NCBI RefSeq assembly: GCF_004010195.1
Contig: NC_057718.1
Coordinates: 79,427,721 to 79,491,720, forward strand
Length of the DNA stretch: 64,000 nt
Reading direction: 5' to 3'
Origin: Chiloscyllium plagiosum
Lineage: Eukaryota
Below the pieces are notes generated by a model. The model had not been told where the DNA came from and did no database searches. It saw nothing but the letters and a program-made list of their open reading frames with translations. Positions 12,950 to 26,809 of the stretch are shown piece by piece (positions within the stretch are counted from its first letter, which is position 1; each line of letters starts with the position of its first letter). Made by a program: the position numbers and the translations under genes.

Positions 12950-14065
12950 TATCATTTCAGCTTAAAGCTGATTGCTGGATGAGGATTTGTGCTCACAAGG
13001 ACTGAGTAACAATCCCATTCTAGTTGTTATCAAAGTAACAGCTGCCCTTAGTTTTTATGTTAAAGACAAAAAAACCTGCAAATGCTGGATTCCAAGGTAG
13101 ACAAGCAGGAGGCTGGAAGAACAGAGCAAGCCAGACAGCTTCAGGAGGTGGAAGGGTTACATCTGAAATGTTGACTTCTCCTGATGCTGTCTAGCTTGCT
13201 GTGTTCTTCCAGCCTCCTGCTTGTCTACCTTAGCTTTTATGTTAGCAGCTCATTTTCAGGGAGCAAGTGGGGACTTCTGTGACATCTCCCCACTAATATG
13301 TGGATCTGGGATGTTAATGATGACAATTACACCTGAACCGTCTTTTCGTTATCTTCAATCTTCATGAAGGGAGTCAAACAGCTAGGGTATTAGGATTTTC
13401 CACTATTGCGGACTTGTCTTAGGTGCAGGATGCTAATGGTTACACCAATCTTGCTTTGAGATTGCCCATCACCAACTTTGTGAACATGAAAGGATCCCAC
13501 TTCATTAATGTTCAACTAATTTGTTGATTACATTTTGGATGTCTGCACCAGATATCCTGGGAACTAGCACGACTCCAGTCTGCACTGGAGCACTCATAGG
13601 TGCTTGCCTCTTTTGTAATTCCTTTCCCCATACAGGCATGGCTTCTGGGAGACAAGAGGTCCCTTCTCCAAACCTGACTTATTGTGCTGCAAGAAATCCA
13701 CAGACCAGTGCTGTATATAGGTATATCATTTATCACACTTCTAGCAGAGCTATAATGGAACAGACCAGAAGCCTCCTAAACATAAGGTTTCAATGCTTGG
13801 ATCACTCTGGTGAGTCTTTACAGTATAGCCCAGACAGGTTGTCCCACAAAGTTGTGGTAAGCTGTGACCTTCACAACTTGAGCCAACAAAGTTGCAGAAG
13901 ATATGCTAGATGAAATGAGAGAATGTCAGCAATTCTCTGAGGATGAAGATGAGGCTGAGGATCAAGAGATTGACCAGGAGAACATTCCTTGGGAGGAGGC
14001 CAGATCAATTTTTCTGAGAGCTTCAGAGGCCAGAGACAAGCTCATAACCACTGCTTTCAGGGTGA
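12950..14065 (+). pseudogene. PIF/Harbinger DDE transposase (HARBI1-like) decayed copy
   Basis: Successive motifs KVTAALSFY, FVNMKGSHFINVQLIC, RYPG..HDS, WLLGDK, RAIMEQTRSLLNIRFQCLDHSGESLQYSPDR..CDLHNL and acidic tail. Frameshifts and stops. Confidence 0.9.
13063..13231. mobile_element. Palindromic Penelope pLTR-derived insertion inside the Harbinger transposase
   Basis: aaggtagacaagcaggaggctggaagaac... / ...gttcttccagcctcctgcttgtctacctt. TSD cttagtttttatgtta (13047-13062) / cttagcttttatgtta (13229-13244). Confidence 0.85.
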
Positions 14066-14987
14066 CTAATCTTGGTTCAGACTTTGATTGCACATCTAAA
14101 TTGCTCATCTGGCAAGCAGCCACTGGTTAGTACAAAGGGCATACCTAATTTATTGATTTCCTGTTTATCACTTTTTACAATGCAGATTAAGTGTTCCAGT
14201 ACCCATGTTAAAAAGTCATGGTATCTTCAGTTGAATGAATGTTAAAGTAGCTATGCATAGTCTGTCCTGTAACAGTGTTAGGGAAAAAGCAGCATGTGAC
14301 AGTACATATTACATGGCACTGATGTTATAAAGTGATGGAAGCATCCACGAAGATATGGCTTTTGAGTTATGTGTGATCCAGGCTCTCAAATGCTATCAGG
14401 TAAAGTAATTAGGATGATAAACTCATCAGCACAGGTAGAGAAATGACCAGCTTTAATGCATTTAATGGAAAATTGGATCAGTACATGGGGAAGTGAGGAA
14501 CCAATGGACATGCTGATGAGTGTGATAAAGAGAAGTGGGAAGAAGCATAAAACATTGAGCTGAATAGCTAGTTTCTGTGTAGTCATTCCATATAATTCTA
14601 TGTAATAGTACACAATATTTGTTCTCAAAGACTTAATTTTAAGTATCTTTCTTGCATGCCTGATTGACTTACATTTCGGTGCAATCAAAGCAGGAAATAT
14701 TCTCAATCAGTTGACAGACAGATCTAGTTGATAAAGTCACAGTTAACCTCCACCGGATTTGCAATTATCTTGGCCCTGTACTAAGATACAGTGAATTCAA
14801 AGTCTCTTCAGTCAGATACACTGACTATGCATGCCACCCACTGTCTGTTTAAAGCAGGTGCAAATTTATAATTTATAACTTCTGCAGTTTCAACTCCTTC
14901 GCTGTTTTCCGATCTTTGGTTTGTCACCTCCACAGTTGAGTTTGTCACTTATTGTTATTGGCTCTGATATACCTACTTAACATCACA

Positions 14988-15022
14988 CACCTGATGAAGG
15001 AGCAGTGGTCCGAAAGCTAGTG
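14988..15022 (+). ncRNA. Minimal hammerhead ribozyme motif, second Penelope-like family (element about 14980-15070)
   Basis: CAC-CTGATGA-A-GGAGC-AGT-GGTCC-GAAA-GCTA-GTG. Stem I cac/gtg, AGCT palindrome, CUA triplet. Confidence 0.78.
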
Positions 15023-15274
15023 CTTCCAAATAAACTTGTTGGACTATAACCTGGTGTTGTGTGATTTTTAATGTTCTATTTATCATTATTCTGGGAGCAC
15101 CAACACTGCAAGGTGGCAGTGATTCAAAAAAGAAGTCCATTTCCACTTTCTCAGGAGAACCTGGGCCCAGCAATAAATGGTAGCTTTGCCACTTGCTCAC
15201 ATCCCAAATGTAAATTTTTAAACAATGGGTGAAATTTTGAACAGCTCAAGGTAATGGCAACATCTAATTAAATT

Positions 15275-16040
15275 GAAAACTACAAATGCTGGAGGTCATA
15301 GCGGGTCAGACAGCATCCACAATGAGAGAACAAGCTAAGATTTCGAGTCTAGATGACTCTTCATCAGAGGTAGAGTGTGGGGGGTGGTTGTGTTGTGGGT
15401 GTGTGAGGTGTCGAGTGAAGGGGAGAAAACATGTCATAGTTCAGATGAAGTGATCAGAATGTGAGAATGGCAGAACAAAGGTGTGTCTAGCTGCCAGCCT
15501 GAAAGGAAAGATAGTCCACTGGGGTGTGGGGAGGGGAGAGATGAGATGGTGACAGAGAATGTAACAAGTAAAGCGTAAAAAAAATGAAATGGGAGTTGGT
15601 TCCCAATTTGAAGGTGTTGAACTCAGTATTGAATCCAGAAAGCTGTAGAGTGCCTAGTCTAAAGATGAGATGTTTTTCCTCCGGTTTGCACTGTGATTCA
15701 CTGGAGCATGCCAAAGACAGATGAGTGGGTATACGAGCAGGACACTGTGTTAAAATGTTCAGCTACAGGAAAGTCAGGGCAATGCTCACCCATTTCTCCT
15801 ACTCTTAGCTCTTATTATTACTTATTCAGCTTTTCTTCCTTCCTGGCCTGCTATCCATAGTCTTCTTGGTTACCTACACCTTTCATAGCTCTCTTTCTCT
15901 GGGCCCCATCTCCACCTCTCCACTTCACCAATACCCCTGCCAACTTCAGCTTCAGCATAAATACCACTTTTTGCCAGCTACTAACAGTTCTGATGAAGAA
16001 TCACCTGTCACAAAACATTAACTGTGCTTTCTTCCCGAAA
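15275..16040 (-). mobile_element. Penelope-like element fragment (GIY-YIG C-terminus plus pLTR) with an oppositely oriented pLTR piece at about 15790-16040
   Basis: EEKHLIFRLGTLQLSGFNTEF on minus strand. Hammerhead core at 15333-15367(-) with stem II gagtc/gactc; degenerate core at 15985-16025(+). Confidence 0.8.
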
Positions 16041-17689
16041 TGGTTCTGCAGTGCGGGATCAAATGGTTTCAATGTTGCCCAGCATTCTACAGAATACTCT
16101 ACCTGAGGCACAATTTAGAGCTGAGTGAAAGATGACAAAGGAAGGAATCAGATACTTCAATCCTTGCAAAGGATGTTGGCACTGTTTGATTTTATATTTA
16201 CATTTTTCCTGGTAAGATCTTCAGGAAATCAATCATTCTTTTGGCACCTTTCGAGGGCAAGCATGTCTAGCAATACTTCCTGTGTCCTACTTTCTGAATG
16301 TACCCTCGGCTGGATTTTATGTTCTCCACTGGCATGTTTGCAGCTGGGCAATGAGAACAGAAAGAACAATGGGTGCCATGGCATGTTTCTGTTCCCTCAC
16401 CTCTGCCATCACTGCAATTACACATAGCTGTCTTGAACCAACTGTGGGTCTTAATAGGCCAGTTAGGACCCCATCCCATCAAAATCCACACGATGTGGGA
16501 CATTCAACAACTTTACTAACTCAGGCTGGTGTCAGAAGGCACAGTTGGCACCTCCTTTGCAGAAACACTGGGGTCATTGGTGCTACTTCCCTGAGGTCAT
16601 CTCTCCCTTTACCCTATATCCCCCATCCTCTCAAACCTGGATTAGATCCAGAGTTACCTCTGTCCAGGCTTCTCATTGTTTGGGTCTGGCTGCCGGTCCA
16701 GCAGTGACCATCTCTTCTGGTGGCAGGACTGGAACTACAGATATACCAGCTATCTGATTGGTCAACAGAGCTCTGAGTTAGGTTCTCCAATCCAGAGAGC
16801 AAAGGAAGTTCTGCCTTTCAAACATAGAGGGCTGTGCAGCAGCTGTCAGGAGTGAGGTGGGGACACACCAACGGGACACACCACCTCTTTCAGTTTTGCC
16901 ATATTGGCTAGGACCACAGTGTCCCATTAAACTTAACTCTCTATTTGCAACCTCTGAATACGTCTTCCTATCCCATTGTATGATTGTGGTGGACTCTTGG
17001 TGAATCCTACAGGGTGATGTGGTCCAAGCCCTCCTAGCTAAAAAGGTGAATGTGAACCCAGCATTATTTTGCCAGTTACTTTGCAGCAATTTAACATTGG
17101 GAGCAGCATTAACTCCTTTAAGGGGAGGCCTCAGCCCCTTCCTTGTGAAAATCCTACCTTTTAAAGCTCCTGGCCAATTTGATCACCCATAGCTCCATTG
17201 GCCCAGAGTGCCAGGAAGGAGTGGTACCCACTGCTGGGGCCAGAGGCAGTCCTATCACATTGAGGAGCCCAGGTAAGGGTTCAGGGATCTTAATGAGTTG
17301 GAATGACAGTTAGGTTCATAGGCCTGTGGAGAATTAAAGGGGGGTAACCTTGGAAGAGGGACATCCATTGAGTTTAGGGGACCGGATAACAGTTCCATCC
17401 TCTTGTCCAACACCAGGCTACATAGCCAAAGCTGTTGGGCTTCCAATGTGGTGGCGGGTAGCTCCTCCCTGCCATTGTTAGAGCATTGATTTATGATGCC
17501 ACTTAAAGGTTTCAGTAGGCCTCATGGGGGTGGACTGCCCAACTCCTCCCCCATTGATTTCAGACAGGTTTGGGGTGGATATGAATGGAAAGGTCAGCTG
17601 TTGGATTTTTTGTGCTTCTCCTGTTGCCATCGCATCAGAATGGGAGCATAAAACCTGCCCCATTGAAAGGTACAGGACAGAATGAAACT

Positions 17690-18960
17690 ATTCAGCTTAT
17701 TTGTACTTATTTTCAGCTTATTTTCTCCAGCTCTTTGGCAGAGCTCTTTCCCATTGTGCTGTGATTATTTTTTTTCTTTTAAAGAACATATTGATTTCCT
17801 TTTTTGAATTTTACAACTCGATCTGCTTCCACCACTCTTTTTCTAGTGCGTTCCAGATCACAACTCTGTATAAAAATGTGTCTCCTTTCATTCTATGCCC
17901 TATGGTTACTGAGCGGAATGGTTTCTCATTATTTAATCTTGTTTAACCTTCATGAATTTGAACAGCTCTAATCAAATTTCCTAATGTTTTCAGCTCCAGG
18001 AGAATGCCTTGGATATATTTCCTAAAATGTGCTTCCCAGAAAGTCCAAGCATTATTTTGGAAATGTTTAGCATAAAAGCCTAGCTTTAATACTCACTGTC
18101 TCAATTATTGAAACCAAGTGTCCTATCTGTTTTGTTTTAAACACCTTCTCAACTTGTCTTAGCACCTAAACATTGTGCTTTTCTGTTCCTTGAAATTATA
18201 CTGTATAAACTTATTTTGCTTCTTTCTTCCTGCCAAATGTATCAATTTAGTTTGATAGTTTCACTTGCTACATGTTCTGCTCATTTTATCAGCTTAGGTC
18301 TTCCTGAAATCTACTATATATTATCCTTTTCACTTTTCTTGTGTTTCTGATTTTGTGTCAGCTGCAAGCTTTGAAATTGTGCAGTCTGCACCCAGATCCA
18401 GGTCATTAACTTCTATTAAAAAGAGCAGTGGTCCTGATGCTAAACCCTGAGGGACATCGCCATATATTTTCTTCAACTCTGAAAAACATGTTTACAATTC
18501 AAATCTCTCCTTCCTGTCTCTTAACCGATTTTGAAGTCATGGATCTGACCTGCTTTTCTTAACAAAGACTTTGCCTCTCTGTTCTGGCAACCTCTTTAAA
18601 ATAGTATAATTTGGTATGTTGCCATAGTTCCTTTACTCCCATGCACCTCCAATTATGCTAAAATTCTATTATGTGTTATTTTGACTCATAGCTTTTGAAA
18701 ATCCACAATATCAGCTGTACTACCCTCTTGAAAGATAACTCTATTACTTCATCAAAGACCTCAATCAAGTTATTCAAATCCAATTTTCCTTTAATGAATC
18801 CAGTGTGACACTTGTTTTTTAGTCAATACTTTTTCAAATGCCTTTAAATTTTATCCCAGATCTAAGGACAATTAGTAGATTGTGGTCAGACCCTCTGCAA
18901 ATTCCACCTTTTTTTTCATAACCTAGGAAGCATCCCATCTGAAGCACATGAATTTCATAC
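17690..18960 (-). mobile_element. Highly decayed CR1-type LINE
   Basis: Complement of residual RT motifs (VPQGLASGPLLF.I..NDLD at about 18395-18460; DFQK near 18695) and CR1-like 3' region. Confidence 0.6.
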
Positions 18961-19074
18961 TTTGTTGATTGCCATTCCTTTCCCTATTCAATATAACATA
19001 AGCAGGTCTCCTCCTTTACCATTTGATAGAATCATTGGAAAGATGTCATTCAGCACTTCAAGTCTTGGCCATAC

Positions 19075-19473
19075 TAAAGTGTCCACAGAGTCCAGAGATG
19101 TGCATGTTAGGTGGATTAACCATGGTAAATGCAGGGTTACAGAGATAAACTGGGGGGTGTGGGGGGTTCTATTCAGAGGGACAGTCTGGACTTGATGGGC
19201 CAAATGGTTGCTTTCAAACTGTAGGCATTTTTTGACACTCCAAACAGCGTCTCACCCAGACCCAGCACCCGACCTAATCCCCATAACCCTGCATTTACGT
19301 TGGTTAATTTGCCTAATCTGCACATCTTTGAATAGTGAGACGATAATGGAATACCTAGAGGAAACCCACACAGACATGGGGAGAGTGTGCAAACTCTACA
19401 CAGTCACCCAAAGCTGGATTTGAACCCATGGACCCTGGTGTTGTGAGGTGGCAGTGCTAGCTGCTATGCCACA
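19075..19473. mobile_element. Two HE1-like SINE pieces in tail-to-tail orientation
   Basis: Plus-strand 3' half (19075-19230) and minus-strand 5' part (about 19250-19473), both matching the SINE at 34913. Confidence 0.7.
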
Positions 19474-20039
19474 TCCTCTTCCAAATTAAAGGAAGTGTAG
19501 AGTACTCATTCCAAACTTCAACTATGTCCTCTACACCACAAAAATACTCTCATTTTTAGTTGTGTTTGCCTATTCTTCTTTTGATCACTCTTTGTAAAAG
19601 ACTATCGATTCCGTTTTATCTTAGCTGTTTTTTTTTCATACTTAGACATTGAGTAATTGTCTTTACTGCCTAACCTATTAACTGCATCAATATCACCACC
19701 TGTCTCCATGTTGTAGATGTGGCTTTTTTGAACTCGTGTACATTCACTTTGCTTTTGCTTATTTTGCATTGCTTTGCATCATTTCCAAATCCACTTCTAA
19801 AAATAACAGTCCAAAATAATCACAACCATCCAGAGAAATTAGATATTTTGTACTCTGTACATTCAGGAGCAGATTATGGTTCAAAGGAGAATGGGAAAGG
19901 CCAGAAGGAGAGGCTAGTGATAGTGCTAAGTTTAATCTTCATGATGGTGTACTATATCTATCTACCTTCAGAATGAAAATGTGAATACTAAGGGCATATA
20001 AGACAATGTTTGGAGAGCAGCTGAGCAATAATATTTCAG

Positions 20040-20590
20040 GGATCTGAGAGGTGTGCCAATTGATTTAGTTCAAATGACCAATAATTCCCCAGAATAACAT
20101 GGTCTGGACATAGAATTGGTGCCCATCATAATTTTGAGAAAGGATATCAAAGCTTTGGTGCAAAGGAGATTTACCAGAATCCTGTTGGGAATAAGGGACC
20201 AAGGTTATATGGAGAAACCAGAGAAATCCAGATTGTTTTCCTTACTGAAAGGGATGATCTAACAGAGATGTTCTGGCAGTGTAGGTATGAAGAAAATATT
20301 TCCATTGGTTGGAGGATAGTAACCAGAAGTCACAGATTTAAAATAACTGGCAAAAAATCCTAGAGTACAATTAGAAAAATGTCTTTATGCAACAAAATAT
20401 CGTGATCTGGAGTGCACTGCCTGTGTTGGAAGGCGATGCATCAATAATTTCCAAAAGGGAATTGGAGGAAAATTTTCAGTGGTTTGGGGAAAGAGCAGTG
20501 GGATGGGACAAATTGCATTGATTTTTCAAAAAAGCCAACACAGCAAAATTGGCTGGATGGTCTTCTTCTGTACTTTATCATTCTATAAGA
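20040..20590 (+). mobile_element. Old CR1 3' fragment
   Basis: Degenerate W.P..RKDI.AL.VQRRFTR and CR1-like 3' end. Confidence 0.6.
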
Positions 20591-21027
20591 GTTCATGATG
20601 AAATAATTCAAAGGTATAATCTAATTTCAGGGGTCAGATGATCTTGAAAAACCATTCAATGCTCATGCAGCTGTGTAACATCAGTTGATTTCTCCAATTG
20701 TATTTATAGTTTTGTAATCCACTCTGTGCCATTTGTTATTTTACTGTATATATGTCAGAACTGAAATAAGTGTGTAAGATTCTTTAGAAATAGGAAAAAT
20801 CTACTTGTCCCTTTTTGACAGATGAACCTGCATATTCTCACCACACGTATCAATTCCTGCTTGAGAACAGCACAGAAGCCTATTTCATAAATATAGCCAT
20901 CACACTTAAAGGCACAAAACAGACGCGGAGTTATTCTTTTTCACCGAGAAAACTTAATGAATAGTTTGCAAATACAGCACCAGAAAGCATCTAAAGGTAT
21001 TGCTTTCCCAGGAATTCACTCCCTTAC

Positions 21028-21114
21028 CTGCTGGGTCACAGTGCATTCTGTCATACAAAGGCCACTGCACTCCTCCTCATGATACTCTTCCTTGCACTCA
21101 CGGCAAAATATAAA
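21028..21114 (-). CDS. PRKN: Parkin (E3 ubiquitin ligase) internal coding exon, equivalent to human exon 10 (end of IBR domain plus linker)
   Basis: Minus strand reads polypyrimidine tract/acceptor (tttttgtctttcag), an 87-nt phase-0 exon FIFCRECKEEYHEEECSGLCMTECTVTQQ, then donor gtaagg. It matches human parkin FAFCRECKEAYHEGECS... with IBR zinc ligands C-x2-C-x4-H-x3-C conserved. Too short for the ORF track. Confidence 0.93.
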
Positions 21115-21999
21115 CTGAAAGACAAAAATGTGGAGAAAGAATACATGAAAGCAGTTAAAAAGTTGGCAAGAATGACTAATGAGTTATCTGTATAAGCTAA
21201 GTGTTTCATTGGGTGGACTCTTGTGGCTTTAGGCTCTTGCTTTCTTGCTGAAGAGTAGGTGAGAGACTCAGACTGCCTTTTTTCTGGGAAGGTTCATCAA
21301 GTCAGTCAGGTAAGCATGCCAGAACGGCCCCTTCTCCTGGAATCACAACCCCAGGGATGGAAGGCTGATTTACCCAGGGCTATTAGCTCATCAGAATTCC
21401 ATCAGCTGTAAAGTCAGATCACCAGGCCACAGGTAAGTCATGTTGGGAATTAGAAGCAAGGTGGTACATACAACAAGAGAGGGCAGAGAAGCCAGTAGGA
21501 AGGTTAGAGATGGCTCTCAGGTGGAACATCCCATCCTTTTCAATTTCTAATCCCTCAATCAGGCACTGAGTGCTTTCAAAGGACTACCAATCCCCAGTCC
21601 GTTAGTGGGGACTGGTTAGCTGCATGCACATTGCACGGGGTGACAACCCTGCCTACAGCTGGGTTAATACCTATGGTGGTGGGATGAGATTATTAAGCAA
21701 TCAATAATTGATGCCAAAGCTTGATGGCAGCAACAGTGGGTAATCTTGTGTTTCATTTTATTAATATTGTTCCGTGAATGGATTCTGAATGGAGGACAGG
21801 AATAAAATGTGGCTGTAAAGCTGCTGCTTTATTTTCAGTGTTGATTTCCTCGAATTCTAGGAACAGTAATTACTGTTTTATTAGCTATTGCAGTGATTTG
21901 GAACTTTGAGGGAAACTTATCAAAACAATGGCACTTTTAAAAAAGGAGAAAGACAGACAAAGGCAGTGATCATATGAGAAGTGATTTTAATGGATAAAG

Positions 22000-24900
22000 A
22001 AATCTACACTGCTGTCTGACTCAGCAGTGAATCTGCACAGCTGCTACCTTGCTGTTTGGTTTCAAGTATCTCTGGACTTTGGAGTTCTTTCTAAGAAAAA
22101 CAAACAAACAGTGAAATTCACAGCTAACCTTGAGAAACCTAACAAACAGTGAAATTCACAGCTAACCTTGAGAAACCTGAGTGTTGGAGCTCACAGCAGG
22201 AGAGCAGATAAGTGTCTGATTTTAAAGTGTAACCTTACTGTTTTTCTTTTGTAAATCTATAACAGTGAGTAGAGTGGGTTCCCTTTTGATTAGATGTTTT
22301 TATTGAGATCTGTCTCTTGATTAAACTTTAAACTTATGAAACAAGTACCAACCCAGCTTGGAGAAGTGTTTTTAGAACACTAAGACTGTGCTATTTTCTG
22401 GTCTGTAGATTGTTGAGATGCAAAGACAGCCTTTAGTAGAGTGATGTGCTCTTTCCTGTTGGATGTGGAGATTAGGGAGAGTTTCCACTGATGATTGTGT
22501 CTGCAGGAAGTACGTTTGGTTGCAAATCCTATCTGATTGCATGGATCAGTTTGAGCGGCAGTTAGAGGCAATTGGGAATTTACAAGAACTAGGGGATGTT
22601 ATGGATGGCAGTTGCCGGGAGAGAGGTAAACCACAGATACAGTCAGGTAAATGGGGGACTTCCAGGAAAGGAAGGAGAGGGAGGCAGGTGATGCAAGAGT
22701 CTCCTGTGATTATCCTCATCTCAAACAGGGATGCTGTTTTGGAAAATGTTTGAGGTGATGGACTCTGAGGGGAAGGTAGCATGAAAAGCTTTGTTTCTGA
22801 TACCAACACTGGCTCTAATATAATGAAGGGTCTGCCAGTTCCAAGCGATCGATTGTGATAAGAACACTCTAGTCAGAGGCACTGACAGATAATCACGCGG
22901 CTGATAGTGAAACATCAGAATGGTGAGTTGCCTCCCTGGTGTCAGGATCAAGGCTATCTCTGACAGGAGGCACAATGTTCTCAAAGGGGAGAGGGACCAG
23001 CAGGAGGTCCTTGTACAGATTGGAACTAATGACATAGGAAGAGAAAAAGATGAGGTTCTGAGGAAAGAATATAAGAAGTTATGCAGGAATTTAAAAAGTA
23101 GGTCCTCGAGGGTAGTAATATCTGGATTACTCCTGGTGCCATGAGTTAGTGAGGGTTGAGGATTTTTAACCTAGTGAGCTTAGGAATAGGAGGATAGAAC
23201 AGATGAATGCATGGCTGAGGAGCTGGTGCAGGGGAGAAGGATTCACATTTTTGGATAATTAGAATCTCTTCTGGGGTAGAAGAGACCTGTACAAGAAGGA
23301 CAGATTGCACCTGAATTGGAAAGGGACTAAAATACTGGCAGGGAGATTTACACAGCTGCTCAGGAGGATTCAAACTGGTAAGGTTGGCTGGGGCTGAGGG
23401 GTAGTGGTGGGACCCAGGGAGATACTGACGAATGACATCAGTCTGACACTGGTAGATTTGAGAAGGAGTATGTCAAACAGACATGTCAGGCAGGAACAAA
23501 GCAGTGAATGAAGTAGGACTGATGAATTAAACTGCATTTATTTGAATACAAGAGGCCTAACAGGTAAGGCAGGTGAACATGGGGCTGGGATATCACAGCA
23601 ATTCCAGAGACATGGCTCAGGAATGGACAGGACTGGCAGCTTAATGTTCCAGAGTATAGGTTCAATAGGAAGAATCAATAGGAGGGCAAAAGAGGAAGGG
23701 ATTTTTTGATTAGGGATAACATTGCAGCTGTACTTAGGGAGAATATTTCTGTGAATGCATCCAGGGAAGTTATTTGGGTGGAACTGAGAAATAAGAAAGG
23801 GATGATCACCTTGTATGGAGTCCCCACATTTCCCACCATCACACCCCCCCACCCCCAACACACACACACAAACACACACACACAAATAGTCAGCAGGAAA
23901 TTGAAAGACAAATTTGAAAGAAGATTTCAGTTATCTGTAAGAATAATAGGGTGGTTATGGTAGAGAATTTTAACTTTCCAAACATAGACTGGAACTGCCA
24001 TAGTGTTAAGGGCTTGGATGGAGAGCAATTTGTTCAGTGTGTACAAGAAAACTTTCTGATTTAGTATGTGGATGTATCTACTAGAGAAGATGCAAAACTT
24101 GATCCACCCTTGAGAAATAAGGCAGGGGAACTGACTGAGATGTCAGTGGGGAAGCACTTTGGGGGCAGTTACTATAATTCTATTAGTTTTAAAACAGTGA
24201 TGCGAAAGGATAGACCAGATCTAAAAGTTGAAGTTCTAAATTGGAGGGAGGCTAACTTTGACAGTATGAGGCAAGAACTTTCAAAAGTTGATTGGGAGCA
24301 GATATTTGCAGTAAACGGATGGCTAGAAAATGGGAAGCCTTCAAAAATAAGATTACAAGAGTCCAGAGACAGTATATTCCTGTTAGGGTAAAGGGCAAGG
24401 CTGGTAGGTGTGGGGAATGCTGGATGACTAGAGAAATTGAGGTTTTGGTCAAGAACAAGGAGGAAGCATTTGGCAGGGATAAACGGCAGAGATCGAGTGA
24501 ATCGTTAGAAGAGAATAAAGGCAGTAGGCGTATACTTAAGAGGGAAAACAGGAGGGCAAAAAGGGGACATCAGATAGCTTTGGCAAATAGGGTTAAGGAG
24601 AATCCATAGGGATTCTACAAATACATTAAGGACAAAAGGGTAACTAGGGAGCGAATAGGGCCCCTTAAAGAAGGGCTTATGCCTGAAACGCGATTCTCCT
24701 GTTCCTTGGATGCTGCCTGACCTGCTGCGCTTTTCCAGCAACACATTTTCACCCCTTAAAGATCAGCAAGGTCACCTGTGTGTGGAACCGCAGGAGAGGG
24801 GGGCCATACTATACAAGTAATTTGCATCAATGTTTATTGTGGAGAAGGATATAAAAGACAGAATGTGGGGTAACACATAGTGACATCTTGAAAAATTTCC

Positions 24901-26480
24901 ATATTATAGAGTAGGTGGTGCTGGATGTCTTAAAATGCAAAAGATGGATGTCTTAAAATAAATCCCTAGGAGCTGATCAGATGTACCCTAGAACTCTGTG
25001 GGAAGCTAGGGAAGTGCTTGCTGGGCCTCTTGCTGAGATATTTGTATCATCACAGGTGAGGTGCCGGAAGGTTGGCTAACGTGGTGCCACTACTTAAGAA
25101 AGGTGGTAAGGAAAGACCAGGGAACGACAGACCGGTGAGCCTGAAATCGGTGGAGTGAATCCTGAGGGATAGGATTTACATGTATTTGGAAAGGCAAGGA
25201 CTGATTAGGGATAGTCAACATGGCTTTGTGTGTGGGAAATCATGTCTCACAAACTTGATTGAGTTTTTTGAAGAAGTAACAAAGAGGATTGATGAGGGCA
25301 GAGCAGTGGATGTGATGCATATGGACTTCAGTAAGGTGTTCGACAAGGTTCCTCATGGTAGACTGGTTAGCAAGGTTAGATCTCCTGGAATACAGGAAGA
25401 ACTAACTATTTGCATATTGAACTGGCTCAAAGATAAAAGACAGAGGGTGGTGGTGTGGGGTTGTTTTTCAGACTGGAGGCCTGTGACCAGCGGTGTGCCA
25501 TAAGGATCGGTGCTGGGTCCACTGCTTTTTGTCATTTATATAAATGACTTGGATGTGAACATAGGAGATATAGTTAGTAAGTTTTCAGAAGTCACCAAAA
25601 TTGGAGGTGTAGTGGACAGCGAAGAAGGTTGCCTCAGAGTATAACAGAACCTTGATCAGATTGTCCGATGGGCTGAGGAGTGGCAGATGGAGTTTAATTT
25701 AGCTAAATGTGAGGTGCTGTATTTTGGAACGGCAAATCAGGGCAGACTTATACACTCAATAGTAAGGTCCTGGGGAGTGTTGATGGACAATCCTTGGATT
25801 GCAGGTTCATAGTTCATTGAGAGTTGCAGGTAGATAGGATAGTGAAGAAGGTGTTTGGTATGCTTGCCTTTATTGGTCAGTGCACTGAATATAGGAGTTG
25901 GGAGGTCATGTTGCAGGACATTGGTTAGGCTATGACTGGAATACTGTGTGTAATTCTGGTCTCCCTGCTACAGGAAGGATGTTGTGAAACTTGAAAGGAT
26001 TCAGAAAAGATTTACAAAAATGTTGCCAGGGTTGGAGGGTTTGATCTAAAGGGAGAGGGTGAATAGACTGGGGCTATTTTCCCTGGAGTGTCAGAGACTG
26101 AGGGATGACATTATGGAGGTTTATAAAATCATGAGGGGCAAGGATAGGGTAAATAGACAAGGTCTTTTCCCTGGGGTGGGGGAGTGCAAAACTAGATGGG
26201 ATAGGTTTATAGTGAGAGGGGAAAGATATAAAAGGGATCTGGGGGAAACATTTTCATGCAGAAGTTGGTGCGTGTATGGAATGAGCTGCCAGAGGAAATG
26301 GTGGAGGCTGCTACAATTACAACATTTAAAAGGTGCCTGGATGGGTATATGAATAGGAAGGGTTTAGAAGGATATGGGCCAAATGCTGGCAAATGGAACT
26401 AGATTTATTTACGATATCTGGTTGGCATGAAAGAGTTGGACCAAAGGGTCTGTTTCTATACTGTATATCTCTGTGACTCA
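22000..26480 (+). mobile_element. Near full-length decayed CR1 (HER1-like) LINE
   Basis: ORF1 with Cys-finger (VMC..C..CRK) and SGNH-esterase motifs (CLPG, IGTND, VVISGLL, D.LHLN..G). ORF2 endonuclease from about 23530 and RT (QHGF..GKSCLTNL, DFSKVFDKVPH, SGVP*GSVLGP). CR1 3' tail. 38-bp tandem duplication in the 5' region (22103-22178). Confidence 0.93.
24672..24751 (+). mobile_element. 80-bp Penelope pLTR-derived insertion inside CR1 ORF2
   Basis: Starts within the hammerhead (agggcttatgcctgaaacg). Perfect TSD ccccttaaaga at 24661-24671 and 24752-24762. Confidence 0.88.
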
Positions 26481-26809
26481 GCTATAGTAATTTCTCAAAT
26501 GGAATCCATATTCACTGGACAGCTCTAAAAGTATGCAATTTTATCTTATGAACCTTAAGCTCCTGTACACCTCTGATACCTGAATTCTAATTCGCAATAA
26601 GTCATGTCCACTCAATACCCTACTGACCTATGCTGTTAGTCTGGTCTGACTGTGCAAAAATTTAAAAATTCTCAACCTTTTTTCAAATATCTCATTTAGT
26701 TAAACTTCATAATCATTGTAACGTCTTCTGCTTCACAGTCATTCAAGTTATCTGCGTTACTTCAATTCTGAGAATGTGCTTAGTGCTGTAAACTGATAAC
26801 TGGTTTAGG

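Noticed and set aside
16130..17665. Harbinger Myb/SANT partner gene and terminal repeats (similar hints at about 9000-9650, 21200-21760 and 60830-61030)
   Set aside because: Only faint motif resemblance (e.g. KRMIDFL); not supportable without a profile search.
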